Assembly: GCA_964304625.1 (NCBI GenBank)
Contig: OZ199838.1
Coordinates: 2,479,329-2,543,328, forward strand
From: Kudoa neothunni
Taxonomy: Eukaryota; Animalia; Cnidaria
Length of the DNA stretch: 64,000 nucleotides
Direction: 5' to 3'
Of this stretch, positions 40,736-54,500 are shown piece after piece; position 1 is the first letter of the stretch, and each line of letters opens with the position of its first letter. The notes beneath the pieces are model-generated. The model worked only from the letters and a program-made list of their open reading frames with translations. It did no database searches and was not told where the DNA came from. Position numbers and translations under genes: made by a program.

Positions 40736-42268
40736 TTACTTTCTTATATCGTAAATCGCCGTTTCTAGATCAATGACCATAGATAACATTTGGTAATTTC
40801 GTTTACCAAAAATTTTGTACGTTTTACTCGGATAAATTAGAGCATCATTCATAGAAATAGTAGATATTTTAAATGTTTGGCGTTTATTTGTAGTTCTCAT
40901 TTCACCATGACCCTTCATAATGGATCATTTATTACCCAAAATCTATTTTAAAGAGGACAGAGATTTTATGTTAAAATAATTGAGGAGATTAGTTTTTCTA
41001 TTTTTTCATTCGATATGCTTTCATAATATTGCATTATATCCACTTTATCTTCAAAAGAATGAAACTGCTCTGTTGTCTTCAAATGCCCGCGAGTCGTAAA
41101 TTTGAGCTAATTCTTATTTACTGCAAATTAAAACAAAAACTAAGGTTTTAATAATTTCGTATAATTTTTATGCTATTATTTGATTTACTTTAATTAGTAA
41201 CAGAATTGTGTAAGTCATAACATCATGTAGGGTGCCCATGAGTGGTAGTGCGCACGAGCCGTCGCCTACTGTATTTCCTAAATGTAGAATTCTCTGGAAG
41301 TTTTATCGAAATTTTTTTGAGACCATTTAAAGTCGGTTTGATAACTTCATTCTCTGAGTCATCAGATCAAACCATATATAAATCTTCATAAACGAGCATT
41401 TTTTATGGCAAAATTTCATCATTACGCGTTGTCTTAGACTCGAGAATATCAGCGTCAGGATTGACCATCATTTTCTGGTTAAGAAGTTTTAATATAAACT
41501 TCCTATTACTGAAGTCGAGGTCTATTACATTTAAAAAATTGATGCATTTGTGCCAAATGTTCACATGTTTACTGTAGTGAACACTTCTTTATATGCTTTG
41601 TATCCATACATGCTGTGAGTAACCAATTATTAAATAACTAAATGATAAATGACCACTCATAGGGACGTTAAATCGTATTTTCTATTACTGCCACACGGAA
41701 TTTTTGAATATATAAAATATACAACAAAATATCGCAGGATTTTGTATAAAACCAAGGTGTTACGAACGACGGATCGATGACACGAATATGTGGCCAAATG
41801 ATTGAGAATCATAAGATCGAACTTAGGTTCAAGCCAATGCGCTTGCCCTTCGAGTATCTACCCATATTGGAAGTTGTGGTAGGATAGACAGTCACGATTA
41901 TACGAAATACACTAGAAGTTATAATTCAGTCTAATAGAGAGGATAGAATTAAACGTTTGTGTCGTCGGATTTGTATTAGGCTGATGAATTCTTGTAGATC
42001 TCACAAATCCGACGTTCTCATAACTTTCACAGCCAAGATATAGGATATTTACCGCCTTGACATAAGGATGTGGCTTAATAAAAATTCAAAATTATAGAGA
42101 AAATGTAAGACGAGGATTAAATTTGACTCTTCGAAGCCTAAAGTTTTCGTATTTTCTGCTTGTGCCATCGAGTATGAAAACCATAATAAACTATGCCAAG
42201 TGCTACATTTTGTGGTTGATAAACTTGAAATTGTAAAACATACTTTATTGTATGCTAAGTTTTTTCAT
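40736..42268 (-). other. Unresolved spliced gene or pseudogene, possibly ephrin-like
   Basis: 38-nt (42111-42074) and 43-nt (41954-41912) GT-AG introns join STWHSLLWFSYS...TKTLGFEESNLIL|PHPYVKAVNILYLGCESYEN...T|VFRIIVTVYP, whose spacing recalls the ephrin RHxVxWN, CPHY, YILYLV and FxxKF motifs. The start and the 3' exons are ambiguous. Confidence 0.3.
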
Positions 42269-42639
42269 TAATTAGTATTTTAATTAAATCCAATATTTTC
42301 CGTGATAATTAAAAAAAGGCTAAAATACAACGATACAAATTTAATTTGATAACCCTAGTTAATAAAAATACGCCATGAGAAAATTTAAAAATACATTAAA
42401 AGAAACAAACATTAACATTACTAATAAAATAAATTTTAGGTTAATTTGTGTAGAAATTTTATTTAATCTTAAATAAATTATCTGGGTATCAAAACTGTGA
42501 TTGAATTACCATTAGATATAAATTATTTTACAGGTATATTAGTGCTATAGATGAAAGATCGGTAGATAATTGCGACGAATAGTATAAAATCGTGTAATAT
42601 TAAGATAAATACATATTTATTAATAGTTAACTCTTCTTT

Positions 42640-45600
42640 ATGATGATCGTAGAAGTTTTTTTATATGTGACCTTAATTGTTTTCCAAAGTAATTATTTTG
42701 AATGAATTCACTCTATCGCTAAATTCGAAGAGCAATCAACACCAACAAATAATGAAGAACAATGCTTCTCTTGTATATGGAAGAAAAACAGAAATTGGTG
42801 CATAGATGGGGTAAATTACAAAGAAGAACATTATTTATATAGCTGACGATTAAAGCGAATCTCAGTAAGTAATAAATGTGTATTGGCGGAAGGTAGTGAC
42901 TGCAAGTCTTTTGTCGAAAATAAAACATTAGTGGAAAATAGTGTAAAAATTATACAAATATTAATTGATTTAATATGTTCCTGATTGTAGTCATTTAGGT
43001 ACACGACGGACCTGTAACTGATATAGATATCAAAAACAGTCAACCACTCAAATTTTTCCGATTATCTCCAAGTAGAATGATTCATTTTTTCGTAGATTAT
43101 AAATTTCATAGAACGCCGCAAAAGAATTAAATCCCGAAATACAGTTTTATTGTTTCATCGAGACAAAGTTCAACTTTATTTTATACTGGATATGTCATTA
43201 AAAGGGTCAGTTTTTTGGGAACATATAAAAACGATAAGTTACTTTTTCTATTATCCATTAACTCAAATTCATCTTATAGTTTCGGAACTAAAACCTTATA
43301 TCTCTATGAAGAAGGGTATCGGAATTTTACACACAAAATTATACTCATCGAATAAGTATGTTTTCTAAACAAAGCCTCGTCATTACCTAAATGGTCTTTA
43401 GAAATATATATGATTTTAAGAATTTGATTGGATTGACCGAAGATGAAAATATAATTGTTACTTTACAAAAAGAACAAATTATTTTAATATGTTTTATAGA
43501 ATACAGCCTTAGATGACCTTGATCGACAACCTCTACATCACACGCATTCCACCAGTTTTCATACGCACAAAAATGCCGCAATAGATTCAATTATTCAAAC
43601 GGTTATATGCGATAAGCAGGTTTATAAAATATTCTGAAGATCACTTAACTATTAGATAATAGATCAATTGGGACCCTGACATAACGAGAGCAAAGTTTAT
43701 TATTCTAGTTACAGACAAATTACCAATCAAATACTCTCCTACGCAAGTAAAATTAATAAAACTCTCATTATTTAAAAGATTTATGCTCTCATTATATTAA
43801 ATAGATGCCTATATCATATATAACCAACAAAATCAAATGTGAAATTTCGAGCTCAGGAATATACAGAAATAAAGTAAAATAAACCCATTAATACGTATAT
43901 AAATCATATAGAAAAAAATTGCGGACGATAATATATTCCATTCTACTCTTATTAAAAATAAGGTTGAATTATTTATAGTTACATCCAAACAGAAAGTTCA
44001 ATCATTCTACAAAGTAGTAAGTAGCTCGAATGTTACTGCAACTGAATTCATAATTCGAAGAAATTTCTTATGTATAATAATTATACTCATGGGGAAGTTT
44101 TCAAATATAGTCCATCAGCTTCGCTTATTCATTCATTGGTCGAATTCATCAATGTAAGTAAACTTTTATAAAAGTAATTCTAAGTAACATTTCTTATTCA
44201 CATAGTCTCGAATGAGAGAATTTAGACTGTTAGCTCCCAAGAATGATAGCTATTTTTCTATCTCTGTTCAACAGACCTATGTGTACAATTATTATATTTT
44301 TACAATATCCTATTTATGATGGATATTGTTAATTAGTCATACTTTAGATCAAAATTACGGTCCCCGCTGTTTTCTAAAATAACCATATCAATTGAAGTTA
44401 ATAAATGTCTACCAGAAAATAAAATTAAAATGTATTATTACATGTTATTCTAACTAGCTTGATTCTTTGCTGTATGATACAGCTATGAAATCACATTTAC
44501 TGGCCTGGGAGTTGTAGAAATGTGGTTGAATACATTTGATTGCTCTTGTGCCTGCGAAAATCCTATGCACCCAACATATGTAAAATAACTTTTCAGCTAT
44601 AGAATTATGATATTAGATAAACTAATCGTTATCATAATTATAATCATAGGAAATTAATAGTGTTATGTGCTCACTAAATGGTGATTTGGTTTGTGGACGT
44701 TGTAGATGTAATGAACACAGGTAATAAATTGTTTATTCAAATGGTGATTTGTTAATTAATTTACAGTTTAGGCGAGCAGTGTGATACATTAATAACTTAC
44801 GCGGATAAAAAATCTGAGAAAAATCCGGCTAAGGGATGTCAATTGATTAATAGTTTTAGTGAAACAAGTACATTAATATAAAAACTAATAATCATGTAAT
44901 AAACTCATTATACTCATAAACAGACAATATTTGTGATTATGAAAAGTTCAAATTTTCTCTGTTATCGCAAAACTGTCTGGATTCCTCAAGCAATAAAGTT
45001 GATAATAACATAAATATATTTTAAATCTCTTTAGATGTGTAATAACAGGGGTGAATGTTTGGTTGGAAGATGCATGTGTGTGATAGGCTATAAAGGAAAA
45101 TATTGTGAAATTCCTGTTAGAATCTCTATCATAATAAAATAGTTTTAATAATAAAAAATAATAATATTTAGGAAATATATGGAATTTGCATCATTTCAAC
45201 GGTTTGTCTAACTGAAAAATTTAGATTAAAAAATATGACCCAAATTTTTTGGAGCATGAATTATCATGAAGAATTTTGTTCAAAGTTAACGCTAGGAAAC
45301 AAAGACATATCTTACGACAAAAAGTTCACTTGCTACTTTGATATTCTTCCTTGTGTCTATAAATACAATATATTGATCAAAAACAGTCTTATTTTCGTGA
45401 AACTTGATGAAAAATATTGGAAACGTACATTCAAACTTAATTATTAATTATAAATTGATTAAAAACTAGTTTGTCGTACCATTCGGCATAGAGATATGAT
45501 GATATTAGGATACGTTGGGGCAACAACTGGAGTTATGTTCACATTGATTGTGGTGTATGTATTGGCCAGAAATGGAACACATACGACGTATTTATTTTCT

Positions 45601-45725
45601 TTATTTTTCTGTATTATTACATATTGATTTTATTTAGTTCGTCATATAGGGATTGGTTTAGACTTTGTCAAAATGTCGCACATTACACCGTAAATTTCAT
45701 GTCAAGTTTTTTATATAAACTTTAA
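42640..45725 (+). CDS. Integrin beta-like subunit B (paralogue of A)
   Basis: MMIVEVFLYVTLIVFQ signal, PSI (CFSCIWKKNRNWC), LYFILDMSLK, INWDPDITRAKFIILVTD, CSCACE...CSLNGDLVCGRCRC, CNNRGECLVGRCMCVIGYKGKYCE, TM ILGYVGATTGVMFTLIVVYVLA. Several exon boundaries in the beta-I domain match paralogue A. The last exon is tentative. Confidence 0.85.
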
Positions 45726-46369
45726 TGTAACAACTGAATTAGAAAATACAAAAATGTGAATTTTCTATATTCATTAGATTCAAATTTATTATTGCTATAC
45801 AATGCTCAAATAATTATCAATGCGATTTTTAAATAATTTATTAAAAAATGAAAATTTTACTCATGTAAAAAATATTCAGTTAAATTCGGTTGTAAATTAA
45901 TTCAAAAAGGTGCAATCGAACTCGAATATATTGTAATTCAATACTCCTTAATATTGCTATTTTTAAGATATATATAAAACTGCGCGTAAATATTTTCCCT
46001 TAAAATAATTATTAACCTGATTAAAAAAAGTCGTACTCCATAAAAATTTAAAAAGTATAAAATATTTGAATAATCTAAATCTCGATGTCGCTATATGGCC
46101 GAATATAATTAAATATAGAAAACTCTAAATAAATTAAAACCCTATACATAAAGTATAATTAGGAGTTATCTGGATTAAAAATGGATATTGCGAAAGCGTA
46201 GATGTCACATTGAATTAAAAATGCTCATGTCAAAAGCCAATACTTTAAAAAAATATATGTAATTTTATGAAATCTCAGAATAATCCGATAAAGAGCAATC
46301 AATCATAACCAGTTAATTAAGTCTTCATTCTATCTGACTAGTAAATCGAATTTCTAAAAAACGAGATGC

Positions 46370-46760
46370 GTGATAACGAGAGTGTGAGCGTGTTATGGCA
46401 AGACAAGCAAAATTACTAAAATGCTAAACGTGATATTCGTTGCGTCAAAAATGGATTAACTAAGGAAAATTGAGAGACCTGTGATCTTTATAACTTCAAC
46501 AAAGAAACCACACTTCGGTATACTCTCAAACCCAATATTTAACATAATTACTCCATAATTGTCTTAAATTCAATTTAAGTAAGATTAAGTTTATAGTGCA
46601 TTTAAAGGTGAAGAAAGCATTTAATTTGTATCATGCTTCATAAAACCGTCTATTTTTATTTGCAATGCGGTCGCTTATTAGCCGAATTCTAAAACCCTAG
46701 CTTTTATAATTTCCGAAAGGGTGAACGAGATGAAAGGCGCGATGTGACACGCGTAGAAAC
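46370..46760. repeat. Dispersed ~400-bp repeat, copy 2 (copy 1 at about 14880-15290)
   Basis: Colinear similarity to 14880-15290, as described for copy 1. Confidence 0.85.
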
Positions 46761-48530
46761 CCTATTTCTTGTATTTTTTGCTGATCTCACGCTCCCTGAA
46801 AATTTTTGAATAATAGAAAGACTAAGGGGTTATAAAGTGACTGTAATTAGGAAGTATTTGATTAAGAAACGAAAAATTGAAAAATTAAATTATTTATTCA
46901 TGAATTATAATGAAATTTATTCGTGATATGTTAATCATTCTTGCATAATTTCCTGTATTCATAATAAAATTTTAAGATACTTGCAGTTAAATCAGTGATT
47001 ATATGATCCTTATTAATTACTTTCGAGTTCGATTAGTATTTAAGATGTCCACCAGTTATTTTTGCGACCTTTTAAATTAATAATTTTATCAACCAATATT
47101 TAATAATAATATAAACCTTTACACCAAGTGTGAAAAATGCGCCGTTATATGCTGCATAAGCTGGAAATTAGGTGAATGAATTTTCATGTAAAACTTAGAA
47201 ATTTTGTAGTAGAAATGTTCTTGTTACAAACATGTAAACAGAAACATATAATATTTTGTGCGTATGGAGAAATGCGTTTTCGTGGCAATAGACAGCCCCG
47301 GTATGGGATTATACGTTGACGTGGTAAGAGTCACGGTCTATTTTTTATGGATTCGTGTTTTTATTCTCAATGACCGATCAAATTTGGTCAAATAAATATA
47401 CAATGATTAATATAAAGTTATTAAATAATAAAATAACATATCTTTGTGAGGGGCGAATATTATTACTATATAGCAATTTAAAATGGTGTCGATTAACATA
47501 TGTAATGGAATTTTAAAATATAATGAAAAATTATTTAACAAATTTAACTATAAGGAATCTGATTTTTAGATTAACGCATTTATAACCAGATTTGATTTTA
47601 TGAAAATGATTCATGACAATAAAATATTGCGTATATATTAATAAGATATAAAATATCAAAAGAAATTATATATCAACATTCAACTAATGTTTGGATTCTT
47701 TACATAAAAAAGTATATTATATAAGGGAAATAAATTTTTATGACGAGACTATCTCTAATGATATAATTACCACTCTTAATTGGAATGTTGAAAAAACAAC
47801 GAAAAGAATATTCTACTGATTATATTTATCAAATAAATGGCTTTGTCTTTTAAACCAGAAACCACCTGGCGTAAAATTTACATTTCCAGTACCTTATGTA
47901 ATTAGCGGAAAAATTATTTAAAAACAGATAACAACAATATAAATGTTCTAATTTTTAAAAACGTGTTACTATATTGAAAAATGATAAAAATATATTTGTT
48001 TTCTAAGAATTATTATTTAAAAGTATTGTTTATGGCTTAAATTACACCCAAAGAAAGATACAAACAAATCCATATATGCATGCGCGACCAAAAACTACGT
48101 AAAACTGGTTAAATGACTAATTCAACGCTATCGTATCTTTGTATTGAATTGAATTTGCGCTAACACACAATTTTAAATCTCGACAAATAAATAACGAATG
48201 TTTTCGGTTCAATCTTGTTGATTAGCTGTCAACAACAGACGCGCTTTTTTTCTCGCCCCTGAAGGGATCAGGTAAAAGTGGTTACCTACTGTACATCTAA
48301 AATTTGTAATTGATTGAATTTACGTTATTATATACAATTACCACACGGAGACAAGTGAAAAAAATAGAAACCTACAACCAAACTTTGTATTCCAACTGTT
48401 TATATCGAAAAAATTATGGACTATTTCGAATTCCAAAAATGTCTAATCACTAATAGAAATAGATCGAAATAAATAAGACAAACTAATTTAACAGTTTAGT
48501 TAAATAACTATAATAGCGAATTAAAAGGAA

Positions 48531-51500
48531 CTAATGTTTAATAAGATTTGAGGTTTGGGTCGTGTTTTTAGATTTCGATTGCATCATATAAGATGGTTTT
48601 GAGGCCGATCTACTCATCAATCCGACTGATGAAAGAGCGTGAGTTCTCATTGTAGAATTTGACAATACAATAATCAAGAAAAAGAATATTCCCTGGGAAG
48701 CATTGGTTATAACGAAAACCAATTCTCCTTTCCCACCATCGTCAATGAAGATTAAATATTGGAATATCAATGGCAGACCCAAAAGAATCGCTAAGAAGAA
48801 TATCTGTTTGGCCTTGGATAGGGTTGATCCACTTTTACCCCTTTTCTTTTCCGCTCGTCTCAAATTGCAGATTACATATATACAAACGAACACACTAAAC
48901 AAAACAACAACACCGCTAGGTATTGTTGTTGTGTAAAAACTCGTAGCGCCAGTTACTACACAGCTAAGGAAATCAATGAATAAATAGAGTTCAATGACAA
49001 GACGTTACTTTGAATTCTTTGCGTAATTGTTCCTCATAAACACAACACACAGCGATGTAATCACTCCTGGAATAGCTATAAAAAATTCTTAAATGAAAAA
49101 TCAAGGTATATCTATATTACCCCAAGATAGTGCTAAACATAATTTGAAGACAATTCCAGGAATTTTCTTCATGGTAAAAATAAGCGTATGGAATAATAAA
49201 TAGGTGTTGAGCAAGAAGGAATAATAAACCGTTTGCAACATTACATGAAGACTGATCGCCAAAGCGAAACAGACCTTTGGTTTATTTTTAAAGATATTAA
49301 TAGAAACAAAGAATGCTTGTAGGAAAAACAAAGAAATGCATAATCCAATTTGTGCTTTAACACGCATAGTTCTTCTTGTTCTAAAATCAAAATATGAGTT
49401 GAGACTGCTGAACATGATAGGTAATCATGATTACTCTGAGGTGATTAGACAAATCAATGTTAGAAATAAACAGACCAACGATATTACTGCTAAACAAAGA
49501 GAAACTTCGGTTTGACGATATTTGTTAGCATCAGACGAAGTAGCATCGTCCCTCTCCCTGAAATCAAACACCACAGCATAGCTTGTAGTATGATTACATG
49601 AGCAAGTGACATTTATTCGATTTTGGGGCAGTTCGGTCCTACTGAGGGGATAACAATGTACTTGTTCCCATTTGAGTGTACTTCCTAAACAGTGAATTAT
49701 ATTTTGTTAACTAGGAGCGTAATTTCTCGTAAAATAATGTAGTAATTTAAATATACTGTTTAATGTACAACATTTGGTGTATAGGACATCGGCAGCATTA
49801 TTAATAATCTGGCTGAATGTAAAATTAATCTTTTTATTCTCTTGGTTTTTAATTTTCAAAACGATAATATCACCAGCTACCATCACATTATCCTTGGACT
49901 GAGTTACCACAGGTTGGGCTTTAGTGATAGCCAAGGCAACCTGATTTTCAGCAGTTGGGGTATTGGGAGTGTTACTATCCAGTGTGTCTATTTGAATGGA
50001 CATGGTAGTTTCAGAATCACTTGTTGTGGTACTATTTTCGCTCCTATTTTTAGCAGTTAATGGTGTACACATTATTGTATAAATACTTGGTTGAATATTG
50101 AATCACATTAGAATCTTCAGCTACATCAAATGCTTTAAACTTAAAATGATCATTAGAAATTTCCTCAGTTTTTTCCATATTTAATATGATGTCATCGAGA
50201 ATGTTAACAGCCTGGAAAAATTTCCTAAAATATCATAATTATGGTGTACCAAATAGCAGAAAAATACTCTTCTTTGTTTTCGACTATCGCAGGAGTAGTA
50301 GTTTCTTGGGTATTACCAGTTTCTGGTTCAGGAGTTGTTTCCTCCTTTGCATCACCACTTCTATCTAGATTCAAATATATATTTTATCGATCACAATATA
50401 TAAATTATTTACCGTTCAAAATGTCAATCCATGCAGTGCTAATTTCGGTCACAGACTAAAATTATTCATTGGAAATAATTTTCAATGGGATAATATTACT
50501 ATTTTTTTATCTTCATCCAATAATTTTAATTTGTTTTTATTGAAAATGCTTACATTATTAAATATTTCGGTCCATCTTAATTCTACCATCATATAAATAT
50601 AAATGTATATATTATTATTGCAAACTTATATCAAAATCCAATTTTTGTCGTTGTTCAAGGTAGGCAGAATCATAAAAGAATGTGTAGAATATTTTAGTGT
50701 TGCGTTGACCAAATGAAATTTTGCATAGCTTATTTGGGCACAAAACCGTTTTAAACCCGTTGGATTTCTCCTCAGGTTGTAGATTTCCGTCGGCTAATGT
50801 CCAATTCAAACTAATTTGGCTATAATCCTCTACTAATGTGATTTCCAAATATAGTTCGCCATCCAGAAAATAATTTTCAAATTTGAACTGTGATCTCACT
50901 ATAAAGTTAATTTATATCTACCGATTGTTAGCACAAATTCACCTTTATCAATATCTAATGATTTTTCCTCCGAAAATATTACAGACTTAACTTTTACGAC
51001 ACAATCTTTCTTGATATCGTAAACAAATTTGGCGTCGCATTTACTTTCCACACATGAAACTAATTTATTAACACTTTGTTCCCCAGTGATACCTTTAACA
51101 TTTTTATCATCACTGCACGCAATTGTTAGATTCAATGGAAATTTCTGGTAAGGTTCATCGAGAACAAACTTTAAATTTAACGATCCCGAATCAAGGTTGT
51201 GGTCGACTTTATACGCAACTTTTGCTACAAATAAAAAATAGTTCGATGTTTAATTATTAATCTATTATTTTACGTGGGGTATAATCATAGGTGTAGGTCT
51301 CAGCAAATTTTTCAGATGTTACGGATATCGTTACTGGATTATAATAATCATTCATTGATAACTCAGTTGTGCATACACCCTTATCGCAGATAACGTTCTT
51401 ATCAGACTCAACGAGGTTAGAATCGTCTTTGGCATTATTTACTAGGTATTTGATATCTAATTTTATTGATGGAACGTACTTTCGTAATTTCCAACTAAGC

Positions 51501-54500
51501 GTAACAACTAATCCATCGGTTTTTCTAGAAAAAGAGATAACTTCTAATTCATTTGATGCTAAATTAATTTATGAATTAAAATAATTTTGATGAAACAAAT
51601 ATATATACATCCAGATATTTTGAATGTTTTTGGAATGAGCATATCTGAGTTGAACGTAAGATATGTGTCATCATTAGTAATACCATTTTCTATCGTAAAA
51701 TCGCAAACATTTTTATTGCAGTTAATATCTTGAGTAGATTTATTTGGAGACAAATCGGTTGAATTATTATTATTCATCAATTTGTAATGATTTATTTTAA
51801 TTTTATCAAATTCTCTATCCATTATGAACATAACTTTTAGGTCATTCCTATCTTCACTATATGCAATATCATAAGGATATATTCCTAAATAGATTAACAT
51901 ATATTATTATTGTTAAATTATTATTAAACGATTTTAATGATTTTAATTTCAAAAAAAATATACCTTTACCAATTTCGATAGATTTTTCTTCGGAAAATAT
52001 TGCTGAGTTCACTCTAACTTTACAATCTTTGGTGTAATCGTAATCAAACGTATGTACGCATCTTTTGTTTGTGCATGGAATCTTTTCTACTGAAATATTC
52101 TCATTGCTAAATTTGTAATAACGTTTATCGTCACTGCAAGATATTTCCACGTTAGCCGAAAACGCATTATAAAGTTTATCAATCGTAAAAGTGAGAGTTA
52201 AATTTTTCCCCTCAATATTATGTTGAATTTCACATTTTGTCTTTGCTAAATGTTTAAATATGAAAACAAAATATACACAGTTATTTTGATCTACGTGGGG
52301 AAAGAATATGTGAGTAAGATTGAACGAGTTTATTCGATGATAATTCCAATGTACCAGGATAATAATAATCGTTAAATTCAATTTTTATACTGCACACTCC
52401 ATTTTTACAAGAAATTTCCTCATTTTTTGTAACTTCGTTAATTCCGCCATCTTTTGATGTATACTTAGTTTCTATTGAAATCTCGGGAAGATGTTTTCTC
52501 AGTTTCAAACTGTAGCTAACAGCAAAATCTTCAACAGTTTTGGTGAAATTCATAACATTGAGCAAACTAGAAGCTAACATAATTTAATTTAAATGTAAGA
52601 ATATTTCTCCAAATAATTCTTACGTCCTTTGAGTAATAAATCTCGTGGCATAAGCATTTCCGATGAAATAGTTATATAACCATCTTGTTGAAGGGTGACA
52701 CCTTCGATTTTCAGTTCACATATATTTTGTAGGCATTGAATATCTTGGGTGATTTCGCTCGACTTTATATTTGCTTTACTTAAGCCAAATATTTTATAAC
52801 CATTAATAATAACTGATTCAACGTTTTCTTTCAATTTGATCATTATTTTCATTTCCCCATTTTCATTAGAATATTCATAATCGTAGGAGTAAGTTTCTAT
52901 CGTAGAAAAATAACAAATATTTAGTAATTCGTATATTACTTATCATTATATAATATCCATATTCATATGGTGATTCATATTTGCGCCTAATCGCCAACTC
53001 CCTTTTGGGATCTATGTTGGTCAATGTGAAGGTACAAACTCCTTCTTCACAATCAACCGGGGTTAATGGTTCTTGTTGTAGTTCACTTTCACCACCTTGT
53101 TTAACAATGAATGTATTTGGTGCATAAGAGGCAGTTATCTTTAATAGTCTAAATTTAATTTTTAAATTTCCATCGCTTGGCCAATAATCCACCAATGTTT
53201 CCTTTCTTCGCCCTAAATATACATAAAAAGGTTTATCTTGTGATTAAAAATAAAAGTACTAATTGTAAAGTTTTAATTGATAAAAGTATTATTAGTTTCT
53301 AATCAAGGGTTATAAAACTAAATTATGTAGCTTTTTGACATAAAGAATACTATTCTTTTTTCCTGATTATATAATACAATAATATATTTATTAATCGCAA
53401 TTAAACATTTAGAATCCCAAAAGACATATTATTAATAATGATTTATTCTGTTTTATTAAATTATTCTAAAAATATTCCACATGATCCAAAATTACGGTAA
53501 AGGAATCCGTAACGGTCTTTACCTAAATCAATGTTCCCTAACCTAGGGTCCTCGTACTAATTTCAGAGGATCCGTGAGAAGACTATCACTCATAAAAATA
53601 TCACCCATCAAACTTTGTCTTTGGAAAATTCCTTATTATAAGAATAGTAAGTTTTAAACACATAATTTGGGAACAGTAAGTTCATAAATATGAATATGTG
53701 ATACAATATGCTCATGGGTTCGGATTTATTTAGCATTGCTAATCGGAGGCCGTGAACAAATAAGATTGGAAAACACGTTTCTAAAATAACTAAACTTGAA
53801 TTTTCACAATAAACAATATTTCGACTAGAATCATGAATTCAAATCAATCATACAAGTACATTGTTTTAAACATTGAATTTAATGTTCGATTTATATTGTC
53901 TTTCTCATATTAAACGTCAAAACTGTAAAACTTGGTGTCATTAGATTTAGTAGACAACAAAATGTACGCCATAATTAGACCATTATACCAAACTTTGTCA
54001 GATGAGTGACCTCCCTTACACGAAATTTATTTATTTCCGATGAACACTTTTCCATGTGGACGAAAACGATGATGGAGTATGCCATTTCAATGATTACACA
54101 GATTTTGTATAGGATGCGTTGAGATTTTTATTAAACTTTCTCAATCCGTGACGTCTTGTCATGATATTTTTAAAGGGCGAGTAATCCGTCTAAATATATA
54201 ACAATTTCTAACTTATGCGAATTCTTTGATTCTGAATAATTGCAAACAACTCGGATATTAGTTCTCAGTCAACCTTACAGAGTTCCAACGTATAATTGGT
54301 CCATCTAATTATTTTAAACTTAAGGATAGTTAGTTAATAATGAAATTACTCCTAAAATGTTCTGCAAGCTTAAGGATAACCTTATACGTTGTCTGGATGA
54401 AAATTAATATAAATGTATTGATCATTCTGCCATAACTGAGAATTTATTAAGTAAATGTGCCAGATTGGCTGTTTGTAATATTCTGAGAACTCATCTCAGA

